In this document: positions 42,651 through 54,947 of the stretch, one piece after another
Layout of the letters: each line of letters begins with the position of its first letter
How positions within the stretch are numbered: position 1 is the stretch's first letter
Sequence record: MK817115.1
DNA length: 64,000 bases
Reading direction: 5' to 3' (one strand)
Position numbers and translations under genes: made by a program
The notes under the pieces: model-generated
Told to the model about the DNA's origin: nothing
The model's input: the letters and a program-made list of their open reading frames with translations, nothing else
Database searches by the model: none

Positions 42651-45600
42651 ATGACTAATAATTTTAAGTTTCAACCTACACAGATGGCTGAAGCAGTACA
42701 GAAGAAGCTTTTTATTAAAAGATTGCCTGAGTGGATGCAAGGCTTAGAAGATATTCAAAAAGTCAGTGATGATGTTATTCAACAATGGTTTAATCCGGCT
42801 GAAAACGAATTAGTTGACGGCTATATTGGTGATATGGGTTCTCCTGCCGCTGCTGGTAATATCTTCTTACATGAAAGTACTGTAGCACGTCAACTTTATC
42901 AGTTGTCCACTGCTTACGTCTCAAAAAATGATGATTCGACAATTCGTTCAATTCAATTTTATGATGATCTAGTTGGATACATGAATCATTATGGAGCACT
43001 AACCGATAATGAAAGCCGTTTGTTCAACGGTAAGTTTTATGCATGGACTCCAGCTATTAACCCAAATAAAATGAACAATTTTAGCTCATATCTTTGGGAT
43101 ACTAAAAACTCTTATAATATTACTTCACCTGATTACATTGTAATGGAACGTGGAGCACTTAATGGTAATACATGGTCACTACAAAACTTTTGGTATACTT
43201 TAGGTGAAACATTAGAAGATGGCTCAATATTAACTGAAGAATTAATGCAAGATTCACGTTTTATTCGTGCACGTGCACCAATTATTGAATATAATAAAAA
43301 TATTGAGCTAATTAACTACGGTACAAAATTCCGTGGAACTGTTGATCTGTTCTCTGATATTATTAAACCTGAAGATATCGTTCAAAAAGATATTAATAGT
43401 GGTATACGTATTGATGGTATTATTCCGCAAGATGGAATGCGTATTCTATTCACCAGTATTGGTAACAATGGTGAAAACAATAGAATTTATAATGTATATG
43501 TGAAAAAAATGCAAGATGGTACTCGTGTTTATGGTTTAGCACTAGATCCAGAAGAAGAAACCGAATCACGCCCAAGTGGTGAACCTCAAGATGGTGATGT
43601 TGTTCTAATCACTAAAGGTAATGAGTATGGTAATAGTTCTATGTACTGGAATGGATCTTTGTGGGTTCGTGCACAATCAAAAACTAGTGTTAACGTATTC
43701 CCTAAATTCCAACTTTATGATCGTAATGGTATCAAACTTGACAACAGTACTACATATCCATCAAGTAACTTTAAAGGTTCAGAGTTGTTTGGTTTTAAAA
43801 TAAATTACAACTATGCAACTGATAGTGTATATGGATATAACATTGAACTTGGTGATTATAATTATTACATTTATGAAAACTTTTTACAATCCCAACGTTA
43901 TACCTATGACCATCTTGGAAAAGAAGTTGAAATTGATGGTTTATACTATTATAACATTATTGATGAAAATAATGAAATGAATCTTCAAACCGATTGGGTT
44001 CGTTCAGAAGAGTACTCTAAACAATTTGTAAAACAAACTCCACAAGTCCAACGTACTGATATGTATCGTGTATTCAGTACTGTTTATGATATGGAAGTTT
44101 TTAAAGAACCAGTTGATGGTATGTATGCATATGTTATTGAAGTTGATAGAACATATCAGTACTATAAAGCTGACCGTGAAACTTATCTAGATTGGCATCC
44201 AATTACTGGTGATGGTGTTCAGATTGTAAAATATGACCATACATTCGAATTGGCACAAAAAGTTTTAGATAATGATTCTGATATTATTGAAGTTGTGGTT
44301 GATGGTGTTGATGTGTCCAAATATACCAAAAATGTTTCAAAAGGTCAAGTACAAAGCATCACTCTAGATAGTACTGTAGAATTGGATGAAGATTCTGTTA
44401 TTCAAATTAGAACTTATAGCAGTACTGTAACTCCTAATAAAGAATTAGGTGCATATGAAGTTCCAATCAACCTACAAAATAACCCATATAATTCTAATAT
44501 TATATACATTAACCAAGGTGACTACACTTTACATTTTCAGGATATTATTCAAAAGAACATTACACGTGGTTCTTCTGATGATTTCAATGACTATGAAGAA
44601 CGTTTGGCTAAAGGATTGGTTAATAATGGCGTAGGTACTAAAATTATCCAAAATGAAGCATCTATGCTTCCATTGATGGCACATACTGCAAATGAAGATA
44701 TTGATTTGTTTGAAGCAACTATGTTTATGCAATCTGAATATTTTAGATTCATTAATAAATTTAATACACAAATGCTTCGTATGTATGATGAAAATCCATC
44801 AGACTTTTTACAAAATAGTGCTGCAAACATTGTTGATGCAATTTTAACTACTATTAATATGGGACGTGATAGTTCATTCCCATTCTATTATGATAATGTT
44901 GGAAGTACTTCTGGATTCATTCGTGCATTTATACCACCAACACCACAGTTCTTAGGTATTCTTCAAGCATATGTACCAGAAAAAGCGACATTCCTCACTG
45001 CTGGTAGTAAACCAAGCTGTTATAACATCAGTCATACTGGTATTATTTCCAAAGCATACCGTGTTATCAATGGTGTTGATAAAATGGATGATGTTGTATA
45101 TGAATTAGAAAATAGAATTTTTAATAGTATTGATAATAAATTCAAAGATGTTGATTACGTACCAGTATTGAATAGTGATGACCTTTTCCCTACACCATAT
45201 TTCACTAAAACTGAATATAGTGCTGAAGAGAAACAAACATTATTACTACGTGGATACATTAACTTCACCGCAACTAATGGTATCAGTAATAGTACACATG
45301 ATTATGATCCTAACAATTGGAGAACTTGGAACTATACTGGCACTTATTATGTAGTTAATGGTCAAAGTACTGAAATTCCTGCACGTGGTTCATGGCGTGC
45401 CATTTACACTGACCAATATGGTACATATCGCCCAGCTACCCATCCGTGGGAAATGTTTGGCTTTACACAACGTCCAACTTGGTGGAACCAAGAATACGAA
45501 CCAACGGCTGTTCAAGTTGGTGAACGTGATAGTGATGTTGTATATGTATATGAAGCACTTGTTATGAATGAGCAAGGTGATTTAGTTCCTAGTGGTCTTT

Positions 45601-48600
45601 GGGATATTGACGGAACTATTGGAGATAGCAGTACTGGAACTATTTTATTTGGTGATCGTCGTGGTCAATATGACAAATATAAAAGATTTGGTGTACAGCC
45701 ATTCAAAATTACAAAAACTGGAAATAAAACATCTTCTGGTATTGATATTTGTGTGGTTGAATATATTGCACCTGAAATTTTAGGTTTAGTGTCTGGATCT
45801 TTAAATCATAGAGCAGAACCTTGGACATATGGTGATATGGGTGACATGGAATTTACATACATGAACACTACATTGTTTGCATATGACCAAATGATGCTTT
45901 TGTATAAAGCTAAACCAGCACAATTTGCTAACTATTTCTGGGATACCCGCAACGATAACTTAAAAGAAGTATTCACTGATGGTTCACAATTCCTTTATGG
46001 TGATACACGTAAGCGTATTAATTTTGATAAAAATACAGTAGTTCATGGTGAAAATAGCACAAGAACAATTGGTTATCAAATGTTTGTAAGTGACCATTTG
46101 ATGTATCAAAATAAAAATATTACCACCAAGTATGGGGATGTAGTTCGTTCTTCTTATATAAATGTTGGTCATAAAATTGGAGGATTTACTAAAGCAGATC
46201 AGCTAACATTCAATGCTAAATCTTTCGGTCTTATTTCACAAGAAAACCAAACCATTGGTCTTGTTCGTTCTAATAATATCCGTGATGAGCAAATGAGTGC
46301 GATCAAAATTACTTGGAATGGTAGTGCATATCAGATTGATGGATATGATCTAGTTGGTGCTAAATTTAAATATAAACTTCCAGTAAAAAATGGTAGAAAA
46401 GTAACTCTTAAATTGGAAAACCGTAATGTTGTTCATTATAATGAATGGAAGTCTGAAGCTTCAATTGAATATGGTAAAGTTTTCAATAGTTACCAAGAAG
46501 TTTATACTTTTATTTGTGGATATGGTGAATATCTTAAAGAACATGGTTGGATTTTTGAAGATGTAAATGATAGTGGTGCTCAACAAGATTGGAACACTAT
46601 TGCTAAAGATTTCGTGATCTGGAGTCAGAATTCTCTAGTAACTGGTGAATTTATTTCTTGTACCCCAAGTGCTGCAAACGCTAAATTTGGGGCAGACTTT
46701 GGTTCAGTACAATCTATTACGCAAAATAATGGTGGTGTATGGTCATTACTTGATGATAATAACCAAGGTATTCGCCAATATGAAATTGAAACTTCTCGTA
46801 TTGGAAATATCTTCACTGTTAGAACTTTAGAATCTAATAAACGCATTGCATTGATTCGTTTAAGTTTGTGTTCATATGAACATGCTGTTATTTTTGATGA
46901 TAAAACTATTTTTGGTGATTACATTTATCAGCCAACATATGGTTCTATTCAAGAACTAATTAAAATGTATGGATATATTACTGGTTCATGGACTGGTCGC
47001 CTACAAGCTCCTGGATTTATTATCTTGGAAGCTGGAACACTACCATCATTTGAAAAATTAGTGTCGGATTTCCAACATTATTATGATAGTGAAACTCCAG
47101 TAAGTGATGTACAATTACAAGAGTTGTCAAACCATTTGATTGGTTATCAATCTCGTGATTATCTACAGCGTATGATTAGTAGTGATGTTAGTCGTGTTGA
47201 TTTCTATAAAGGATTCATTCACGATAAAGGTACTAACCAAGTTTTAGAACGTGTACTTCGTGTTTCTAAATCATATGACACTGATGAATATAAAGCATTA
47301 CAAGAATGGGCATTTAAAATTGGTACATATGGTAATATTGATGGTAAGAAAAACCTTCAATTTAAACTAATCAATGACCAATTTAAACAACAACCTCAAA
47401 TGGTTTCTTTTGATGTAAATGCAACTTCAAATGGTAATGGTAATCATATTGTATACTTCGGTGAGCAAGGTAAAGATCCTCGTTGGATTACACGTCCAAA
47501 TGGTAAGTTCTCATTCCCAATGCGTAGTGGAAGAAGTGAAAACATCCAACTTCCAGATATTGGTCCAGTAACATTGGATGAAGTATCGTACACAACAAAA
47601 GATTTCAGTACTGCATATAATGACCGCATAACTTATACTAATGGTAAAGGTGAAAATCCTGAATCTGTGTGGATGTTTAAAGACGGTAATGGTTTGTGGA
47701 ACATTTTTGAATTGGTTGATACTAATGTACAAATGGTTTCTATAACACCTATTGAAAATACCGATGTGTATGCTGAACAATTTTGTAAAGTAACTTTAAC
47801 TGATAATGTACCACTTGAAGATGGTGATTATTATTATTTTGTTGATGAAACTAACTTTATGCCAGATACTTTAACAGTAGAAAGTCAATATTATACTGCT
47901 GGTTCTGATCCTAAAGTTATGGTAGTTCCATTTGACACTTCTATTGATATTGAATTTACTGATCCAGATACACGTCCACGTTTGTATCGTTATGTATCAC
48001 GTTTTGCCAGTACTGATGAACGTCAAGCTTACATTGACAAGAAATATAGTTTTAAAGCACCACAAAGTACTTTATTTGATCGTCCAACGACATATGATGA
48101 ACGTACTAACATTACTGAGCTATATCTAAACGTTTATGACCCAATTAATGGTGTTATTCCAGGTGCGGCTATGCAAAACGTAACATATACTTCACCAGTT
48201 GATCCTGCACAGTATAATAGTAATGGAGAGTTAATCCAGGCTTGGGGTGCTGATAAAGTTGGTCAAGTATGGTGGAACACTAGCACTGCATTTTATTTGG
48301 ATTATACTCGTGCAATTTATGACGCAGACGGTAATGTTGATATTGATGCAACCAATGAATACAAACGTTACAACTGGGGCCGTTTGTTACCACATAGTAC
48401 CATTGATGTGTTAGAGTGGGTTTGTTCACCAGTTGAGCCATATAACTGGGACAAATACTGTAAAGATGTTGCTAAGAAAAACAAAAATAATACTATGTAT
48501 CTACCAAGTGGAACTGCACTTGAAGATAATTATAGTACATTTTTGGAATATGATAGTTCAACTGATAGTTATGTAACAAAATACTATTTCTGGGTACGTG

Positions 48601-51600
48601 ATACAATTTATGTACCACCACTACATACCAGAACGAAATCATGTACTGACATTGCTCGTATTATTAAAGATCCAACACAGCTAAACATTCCTTGGTTCGC
48701 TCCAATAAATGAAAACTCGTTTATTCTTAGTAATATGCAATTTAAAGTGAATGATGATACCAGTATTTTAACTGTTTCTTATTACATGGATAGTACTGAA
48801 GTTGTTAAACATGACCAGTATCAACTATGTAAAGAAGGTGACAGCTATAACTTTAACCCACTAATTTGGGATTCAATGTGGAACTCACTAATTGGTCAAG
48901 AAACAACTGAATCAGGTTCTGTGATTAATTTATTATATCCAGATGTTGATAACGGTTTAGGATCAAACAAAACTTGGTTCCAAAATGTTATAGAAGCTCG
49001 TAGAAACTTTGTAGAAAGTGCTAATAATTATTATAGGTCACAAAACATAACCACTAATAGTGTTGTTATGGAAGATGTGTTTAATGTTAAAACCACTGAA
49101 GTTAACCCTAATGAAGTTTCTTTCCGTGTATTGTCTTACAATAATGAATTAGTTATTGCAGTTGAAAGTGATAAATTTAAAGAAAATGACGCTGTTATTT
49201 TAAGTACTAGTGGATATCTACCAAATCCATTAACTTCTAGTGCTGTTTATTTTATTCACTTCGACGAAAATGGATATATTCAGTTAATGAATAGTCCAGC
49301 AAACGCGGGTAGTGTTGTTACTATAACGTTAGAGAACAAAGGTGAGGGACAACATAAAATGATTAAACAATCTGATTATGTTGAATCACTAGGAACTTCA
49401 TTAGACATGACTCAGTACTGGTCATATGCTGATTGGTATGATGTTGGATATGATAGTAACACGACTTATACTCAAGAGTCAAGCTTAGAAGATGCTAATA
49501 CTAAAAACTACCAAGTTGGCGATATTATCAGAGTTACCGATAGTGAAAACATTTGGACATTGTATATTAAATCACAATCACGCGATTCAATTTATTGGAA
49601 AGCGATTGGTCGTGAAAACAGTACAGTTGAACTCAATGATATGCTTTACGCAGATTATAGTGTTCATAATGATAATGGTTCACTAAGCAATCGTGAAATC
49701 AACGTTCGTAAAGCACTAGCTTTACTCAAAAATTCTTTCGATTTACATCAAAGCGAAATTGTTTTTGATATGGTCAAATATGTACATGTTGAACAAAGTG
49801 TTGTGGATTGGGTATTTAAAACATCATATATCTATATTGTTGGTTTGGAACAATCATTAGTTCAAAACTATTCAAACGATAATTTGATTAATCAAATTGT
49901 TGAATATTTTGAAGAAGTTAAACCTTATAGAACTAAAATTCGTTCACAAATAGAGCAAAAGACATCTGATGATGATTTAATAAAAGGTCTATGTAATGAT
50001 TTAGATCCTAATGGATATATTTTCGTTGATGGTTCTTGGATCAAAACTGAAAAAGATATTTGGGATTATGAGTACGCTCAATTTAATGAAATTACCCAAA
50101 AATGGGAACAGGTAGGTTCACTACCAAGTGATTTCGTTACACCAAATAGAAGATTCCAAGAAATTGATATTATTATGCATTATGATAATATTCAGTGTAA
50201 ACCAAATGAAGATTTGGCAAGCATAAATGAATTAGTAAGTGTTAATAACAAATATCAATCCAATGAAAAGGATGCTGTTAGTAACTATGAATTACAACGT
50301 TATATATATTCTTTCCCAGAATATAGTGAAGAAACTTTCGATCTTCTTATTGCTTATCAAATGCAAATCTACTATCCAGAATTGGATGTAACACTAGGAA
50401 CAGCATATGGCGTTAACCAGTGGTATAAAGACCATGCGGAAGATTTAGAAGCAACTGATGAATTCACTGCTACATTGGAACGTGTTTATAAAGAATCAAC
50501 GCATAACGATATGTTTACTGACCTTAGACAATATGTTCAGTATAACACATTGGCAAACCGTTTGAAACTTTATAAAGATATAAGTGATGAGAAAATTCAC
50601 GATGAAGTTGGATGTGGATTTAGTGGACTTACTTATAATGACAATCCTAGTACTAGACTTCCATTAGGCTTTTCTTCTAGTAATGATTATAACTATGGAT
50701 ATTTTGAAATAAGCAGTGAATTGTATCAAAAATACATTTCATTAATTAAAGATAAAAATCCTGACGCATCAGACTATGAAGTAAAAGTTAAACTTGAAGT
50801 TGAGTATGGTGTATATGTTTATCGTTATGATGAAGTAGGTGGTGATACCCGTTTCTATACTGATGCTATTCACGTATTAGCAGGTATGAGAGGGTTATTC
50901 GACAAAGACGCTACTGATAAGTACGAAAAAGCTGAAGAGATTCTTAGTAAGACCCCAATTGATATCTATGCAATTACAATGATTCCACGAAAATATGTTT
51001 ACTTAAATGTTAACGGTGTATATCAAAGTATACCTGATGAACAAAGTATTGATGATTTCATGGAAGATTATTTTATCACAAATGGTGAAATGGTTGAACT
51101 AGCTGAAATAAATCTTGATGATTTACCACTAGATCAAAATAATCCAATGTATTCTGATTATCAATATATACTTGATAGTATTACTGAAGCTAAGTACTTC
51201 AATGATATGAATGCATTTGATAACCTAGCATTGGAATCTCAAACTTCTTCAATAAAATGGGAAGTTAAAGATGATGAAGTTGATCCTTATATTGTGGATA
51301 TATCTGACATAAACCCTTCTGGGCGTGATGTAGGTCAAATTAGATTTACAGTTGATGGATATGGGTTTGACAATGTATCTCTTGTACAATTACGTGATAA
51401 CAGCAGATATCAAACTGAAGGTATGGCAATTATCAATCCATATAAACATACAGAAGCAATTGTAAGTATTCCTTCATATGCTAAGATTGAAAATGATATT
51501 AATAAAACAACATCGAAGTTTGATGAAAAATATTTCTATCGTGTGAGATCTATTAATAGCTTAACTGAAGCAGAAATAGTTGACAATGACCTATCTGATG

Positions 51601-52622
51601 GTGATAAGGTGATGATTTTCACTCCTGATGGTGAAGATTTTGTGAGATATCAAAATCACACATGGGAAACAATCTTGCGTGTATCTAACATCAAAAACAA
51701 TACAACTCCGATCCTATTCACTGTAAGAAATACAGGTAAGGAAACGATTGAATTGATTGATGAGAGTACTGGTGCAGTTCTCCGTTATGATAACATCACT
51801 CTTGCACAACAAAATGAGCCAGTACAGCCTCTAGCATTGAACATTGTTCGTGTTAGAACATTTGCTGACCCTGAATTTGTCAAGAATGGTATTAAATTGT
51901 ATGAACAAAATAGAAATTACACCATTGATGTAATTAATTATGATGTTTTCTACGATACTACTTTAAATGGTGGTAAGTACAATGACGGAATAACACCAGA
52001 TGACGTTGACGTTTGGATAATCTCCAATGAAATATTTGATGTTGATGGAATTACTATCGATAACGGTTATAACTTACCAATTACGGGTGCGGGAGTTCTT
52101 AGTGAATTGGCAAGAACTAAAATGACTGATAGTTTAGAAATCAACGTTATCGAATATGATTCAAGTGTTATTCAACCGTTTAGAAATAATGAAGGGATAT
52201 GGGTTTATGGATTCCCAATGGTTGACGGTATGTATATCGGTGTTGTTGGTGGTACTGTTACTAACATCACAACCATTAGTGAAGAAAATACAACCTATGT
52301 TTCTCAACCTAAATCAATAAGTCCTTATAGTATTAGAAATAATGTTTTATCCGGTTCAGCCGCGAACATGAATGATATTATATCGATTGGATATGAAAAA
52401 GTTGAAGTTAGAAATGCAAATAATTTACTCCGTGGTGTAATGTATAGTGCAGAACATGATTTTAAACTTAATACCACATATTCTTTCAATGGAATTAATT
52501 TAGGTAATTATGATATGTTAAAACGTTACACACAAAATAGTTACACTATAGATCTTTCAGTATACACTGATAGTCTACAAGTTAGTGGTAATGATATTAA
52601 AAATATATTATTAGTTAAGTAA
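42651..52622 (+). CDS. Giant (~3,323 aa) structural protein, probably gp7-like baseplate wedge
   Basis: Uninterrupted ~10-kb ORF directly after gp6, with late box and GGAG RBS. The gp7 role is inferred from position only. Confidence 0.75.
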   Translation: MTNNFKFQPTQMAEAVQKKLFIKRLPEWMQGLEDIQKVSDDVIQQWFNPAENELVDGYIGDMGSPAAAGNIFLHESTVARQLYQLSTAYVSKNDDSTIRSIQFYDDLVGYMNHYGALTDNESRLFNGKFYAWTPAINPNKMNNFSSYLWDTKNSYNITSPDYIVMERGALNGNTWSLQNFWYTLGETLEDGSILTEELMQDSRFIRARAPIIEYNKNIELINYGTKFRGTVDLFSDIIKPEDIVQKDINSGIRIDGIIPQDGMRILFTSIGNNGENNRIYNVYVKKMQDGTRVYGLALDPEEETESRPSGEPQDGDVVLITKGNEYGNSSMYWNGSLWVRAQSKTSVNVFPKFQLYDRNGIKLDNSTTYPSSNFKGSELFGFKINYNYATDSVYGYNIELGDYNYYIYENFLQSQRYTYDHLGKEVEIDGLYYYNIIDENNEMNLQTDWVRSEEYSKQFVKQTPQVQRTDMYRVFSTVYDMEVFKEPVDGMYAYVIEVDRTYQYYKADRETYLDWHPITGDGVQIVKYDHTFELAQKVLDNDSDIIEVVVDGVDVSKYTKNVSKGQVQSITLDSTVELDEDSVIQIRTYSSTVTPNKELGAYEVPINLQNNPYNSNIIYINQGDYTLHFQDIIQKNITRGSSDDFNDYEERLAKGLVNNGVGTKIIQNEASMLPLMAHTANEDIDLFEATMFMQSEYFRFINKFNTQMLRMYDENPSDFLQNSAANIVDAILTTINMGRDSSFPFYYDNVGSTSGFIRAFIPPTPQFLGILQAYVPEKATFLTAGSKPSCYNISHTGIISKAYRVINGVDKMDDVVYELENRIFNSIDNKFKDVDYVPVLNSDDLFPTPYFTKTEYSAEEKQTLLLRGYINFTATNGISNSTHDYDPNNWRTWNYTGTYYVVNGQSTEIPARGSWRAIYTDQYGTYRPATHPWEMFGFTQRPTWWNQEYEPTAVQVGERDSDVVYVYEALVMNEQGDLVPSGLWDIDGTIGDSSTGTILFGDRRGQYDKYKRFGVQPFKITKTGNKTSSGIDICVVEYIAPEILGLVSGSLNHRAEPWTYGDMGDMEFTYMNTTLFAYDQMMLLYKAKPAQFANYFWDTRNDNLKEVFTDGSQFLYGDTRKRINFDKNTVVHGENSTRTIGYQMFVSDHLMYQNKNITTKYGDVVRSSYINVGHKIGGFTKADQLTFNAKSFGLISQENQTIGLVRSNNIRDEQMSAIKITWNGSAYQIDGYDLVGAKFKYKLPVKNGRKVTLKLENRNVVHYNEWKSEASIEYGKVFNSYQEVYTFICGYGEYLKEHGWIFEDVNDSGAQQDWNTIAKDFVIWSQNSLVTGEFISCTPSAANAKFGADFGSVQSITQNNGGVWSLLDDNNQGIRQYEIETSRIGNIFTVRTLESNKRIALIRLSLCSYEHAVIFDDKTIFGDYIYQPTYGSIQELIKMYGYITGSWTGRLQAPGFIILEAGTLPSFEKLVSDFQHYYDSETPVSDVQLQELSNHLIGYQSRDYLQRMISSDVSRVDFYKGFIHDKGTNQVLERVLRVSKSYDTDEYKALQEWAFKIGTYGNIDGKKNLQFKLINDQFKQQPQMVSFDVNATSNGNGNHIVYFGEQGKDPRWITRPNGKFSFPMRSGRSENIQLPDIGPVTLDEVSYTTKDFSTAYNDRITYTNGKGENPESVWMFKDGNGLWNIFELVDTNVQMVSITPIENTDVYAEQFCKVTLTDNVPLEDGDYYYFVDETNFMPDTLTVESQYYTAGSDPKVMVVPFDTSIDIEFTDPDTRPRLYRYVSRFASTDERQAYIDKKYSFKAPQSTLFDRPTTYDERTNITELYLNVYDPINGVIPGAAMQNVTYTSPVDPAQYNSNGELIQAWGADKVGQVWWNTSTAFYLDYTRAIYDADGNVDIDATNEYKRYNWGRLLPHSTIDVLEWVCSPVEPYNWDKYCKDVAKKNKNNTMYLPSGTALEDNYSTFLEYDSSTDSYVTKYYFWVRDTIYVPPLHTRTKSCTDIARIIKDPTQLNIPWFAPINENSFILSNMQFKVNDDTSILTVSYYMDSTEVVKHDQYQLCKEGDSYNFNPLIWDSMWNSLIGQETTESGSVINLLYPDVDNGLGSNKTWFQNVIEARRNFVESANNYYRSQNITTNSVVMEDVFNVKTTEVNPNEVSFRVLSYNNELVIAVESDKFKENDAVILSTSGYLPNPLTSSAVYFIHFDENGYIQLMNSPANAGSVVTITLENKGEGQHKMIKQSDYVESLGTSLDMTQYWSYADWYDVGYDSNTTYTQESSLEDANTKNYQVGDIIRVTDSENIWTLYIKSQSRDSIYWKAIGRENSTVELNDMLYADYSVHNDNGSLSNREINVRKALALLKNSFDLHQSEIVFDMVKYVHVEQSVVDWVFKTSYIYIVGLEQSLVQNYSNDNLINQIVEYFEEVKPYRTKIRSQIEQKTSDDDLIKGLCNDLDPNGYIFVDGSWIKTEKDIWDYEYAQFNEITQKWEQVGSLPSDFVTPNRRFQEIDIIMHYDNIQCKPNEDLASINELVSVNNKYQSNEKDAVSNYELQRYIYSFPEYSEETFDLLIAYQMQIYYPELDVTLGTAYGVNQWYKDHAEDLEATDEFTATLERVYKESTHNDMFTDLRQYVQYNTLANRLKLYKDISDEKIHDEVGCGFSGLTYNDNPSTRLPLGFSSSNDYNYGYFEISSELYQKYISLIKDKNPDASDYEVKVKLEVEYGVYVYRYDEVGGDTRFYTDAIHVLAGMRGLFDKDATDKYEKAEEILSKTPIDIYAITMIPRKYVYLNVNGVYQSIPDEQSIDDFMEDYFITNGEMVELAEINLDDLPLDQNNPMYSDYQYILDSITEAKYFNDMNAFDNLALESQTSSIKWEVKDDEVDPYIVDISDINPSGRDVGQIRFTVDGYGFDNVSLVQLRDNSRYQTEGMAIINPYKHTEAIVSIPSYAKIENDINKTTSKFDEKYFYRVRSINSLTEAEIVDNDLSDGDKVMIFTPDGEDFVRYQNHTWETILRVSNIKNNTTPILFTVRNTGKETIELIDESTGAVLRYDNITLAQQNEPVQPLALNIVRVRTFADPEFVKNGIKLYEQNRNYTIDVINYDVFYDTTLNGGKYNDGITPDDVDVWIISNEIFDVDGITIDNGYNLPITGAGVLSELARTKMTDSLEINVIEYDSSVIQPFRNNEGIWVYGFPMVDGMYIGVVGGTVTNITTISEENTTYVSQPKSISPYSIRNNVLSGSAANMNDIISIGYEKVEVRNANNLLRGVMYSAEHDFKLNTTYSFNGINLGNYDMLKRYTQNSYTIDLSVYTDSLQVSGNDIKNILLVK

Positions 52623-52623
52623 T

Positions 52624-52658
52624 AAAAAAGGAGAGCATAATGCTCTCCTTTTCTTTTT
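52624..52658. terminator. Bidirectional terminator
   Basis: AAAAGGAGAGCA-taa-TGCTCTCCTTTT at a convergent junction. Confidence 0.85.
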
Positions 52659-54947
52659 TTATACTAGTGCTTTATCTACAGCTTTGGTACGTTTCGGCTT
52701 AATACCGATTTTACCATCAATAACATCAAATGTAATGTTACCACCATTCACAAGTGAACCACACAACATTTCTTTAGCTAGTGGTACACGAATGTTTTGT
52801 TCAATGGTACGTTTCATTGGACGTGCACCCATACCAACTTTTACCCCATTTTTCGCAAGCCATTCACGTGCAGCTTTTGTCAATGTAACTTTAACATTAC
52901 GGTCTTTGACTTGTTCATTCAAACCACCCATGAACTTATCAATGATGCTGTCAATAGCTTCACTGCTTAGGTCTTTAAACGTAACGATACTATCAATACG
53001 GTTAATAAACTCTGGTGGCAAGAATGCTTTAATTGCCTTGTCCTGTGCAGTGTCACTACCGCTCATACCAATGCTACGCTTTGTTGAATCAGCCGCACCA
53101 AGGTTTGTAGTCATAATAACAGTTACGTTATTAAAATATACAGTTTTACCTTGAGAACCAGTCAGACGACCTTCATCCAAAACCTGTAGGAAGGTTAGTA
53201 GTACTTTACGATCTGCTTTTTCAATTTCATCAAGTAACAGTACTGCATTAGGGAACTGCTCAATTTTATCCAACAGTAAACCGTTACCAGAATCATGACC
53301 AACATAACCTGGAGGTGAACCAATTAGTTTAGAAACAGTATGTTCTTGAGAAAATTCTGACATATCAAAGCGAATGAGTTCCGCACCAGTTGCGTCTGCT
53401 AATGCTTTGGTAATTTCTGTTTTACCAGTACCAGATGGTCCAACAAACATAAATGCACCCTGAACACTAGATTTGTCACGCAGTCCTGCACGAGCTACCA
53501 TCACGTTATCAACTAATTTTTGAATAGCTTCCTCTTGACCGTATACACGTGAGCGTAGTGCATCTGGTAGATTACGCATACGATCACTTTCAGTACATGC
53601 AACCACGTTGATATCCAAATTGGCAATACCAGCAACAACTTCTTGAATCAAATTGGCAGTAATAAGCTTACTATTGTTGTCACGTGAACGAACTTTAGCC
53701 GCAGCAGCATCCATTAGATCAATTGCTTTATCTGGGAAGTGCTTATTCTTCAGGAATTTATCACTGAGAGAAATTACAGCATCCATTGCATCAGATGTGA
53801 ACTCAACATTATGGAATTTTTCATACGTTGGTTTCAAACCATTAACAATTGCACGAGTTTCATCAATTGTCGGCTCAACTACGTCAATTTTCATAAAACG
53901 ACGAGTTAATGCACTATCTTTCTCGATATTTTTACGATATTCATCATATGTTGTTGCACCAATTACACGAATCTCACCACGTGAAAGTGCTGGCTTAAGC
54001 ATATTGCTCATGTCCATAGAACCATTACTTGCGGAACCAGCCCCAACCATAATATGAATTTCATCAATGAAAACAATAGTATTTTCACGTTTCTTTAGTT
54101 CTTTTAGCAAATTGTCGATGCGTTCTTCAAATTCACCACGATACTTAGTACCAGCAGTCAATGCACCAACATTTAGTGAAAGAATTTCAACGTCTTTTAG
54201 GTGTTCAGGTACGTTACCATCAGCAATAGCTTGTGCAAGCCCGTCGATGATTTGTGTTTTACCTACACCAGCTTCACCAGTGAGAATAGCATTCTTTTTG
54301 GTTTTGCGAGCAAGAGTCTCAATCAATGCAGACAATTCTTTCTGGCGACCAATCATAGGATCTAGTTTGCCTTCTTTTGCAAGAGCAGTTAGATTCGTTG
54401 TATAGTCTTCCAAACCTTTTTGTTTAGATGATTGCTGCTGTTGGGCCACTTTTTTATCTCCAATCGGTTCGTCATTAATACTTTGTAAGTTGATACCCTT
54501 ATCAAGTGACTCAACGTGTTTCTGTAATGCACGTGCAGCTTCAGTACAGCTAACACCTTCTTCTTTTAACGCAGCTTCTAGTGCTGTGTTAGGGAAAGAC
54601 AGACATTCGAATAGAACAAAATATGCATCAATCGAAAAATCATCACTTTTTAGTTGTTCAATAACTGATTTTTTAGAAAGCTCATGTACAACGCGATTCA
54701 CTAGAAGTGAAGTTCGATTCGCGTCTTCATCTTTAACACTTTTTGGTGCATGTGGAACTGTTGTATTTTTAAGATAGTTCATCAGGCGGTTGTGCAGTTT
54801 GTCTGCATCAATGTTCATATCTTCAAATACGTTCTTGATGCTATCAATAGTCAGTACTGTGGCACTTACGTGGTCAATAGTCAAGAATGTATGACCTAGA
54901 GATGTTGCCAGTTCGTCGCTTTTTTTGAACAATTGAGTAAGATTCAT
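52659..54947 (-). CDS. clpA: ClpA-like Hsp100 AAA+ ATPase
   Basis: Two AAA modules ([12 protein letters not shown]; [12 protein letters not shown]), [10 protein letters not shown], no ClpB-type M domain, KRSIGM loop. Start at 54947 behind AGGAG. Confidence 0.9.
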   Translation of the reverse strand: MNLTQLFKKSDELATSLGHTFLTIDHVSATVLTIDSIKNVFEDMNIDADKLHNRLMNYLKNTTVPHAPKSVKDEDANRTSLLVNRVVHELSKKSVIEQLKSDDFSIDAYFVLFECLSFPNTALEAALKEEGVSCTEAARALQKHVESLDKGINLQSINDEPIGDKKVAQQQQSSKQKGLEDYTTNLTALAKEGKLDPMIGRQKELSALIETLARKTKKNAILTGEAGVGKTQIIDGLAQAIADGNVPEHLKDVEILSLNVGALTAGTKYRGEFEERIDNLLKELKKRENTIVFIDEIHIMVGAGSASNGSMDMSNMLKPALSRGEIRVIGATTYDEYRKNIEKDSALTRRFMKIDVVEPTIDETRAIVNGLKPTYEKFHNVEFTSDAMDAVISLSDKFLKNKHFPDKAIDLMDAAAAKVRSRDNNSKLITANLIQEVVAGIANLDINVVACTESDRMRNLPDALRSRVYGQEEAIQKLVDNVMVARAGLRDKSSVQGAFMFVGPSGTGKTEITKALADATGAELIRFDMSEFSQEHTVSKLIGSPPGYVGHDSGNGLLLDKIEQFPNAVLLLDEIEKADRKVLLTFLQVLDEGRLTGSQGKTVYFNNVTVIMTTNLGAADSTKRSIGMSGSDTAQDKAIKAFLPPEFINRIDSIVTFKDLSSEAIDSIIDKFMGGLNEQVKDRNVKVTLTKAAREWLAKNGVKVGMGARPMKRTIEQNIRVPLAKEMLCGSLVNGGNITFDVIDGKIGIKPKRTKAVDKALV

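Noticed and set aside
52684-54777. Several 95-156-aa plus-strand ORFs over clpA
   Set aside because: Antisense to a clear conserved gene whose codon bias leaves the opposite frame open.
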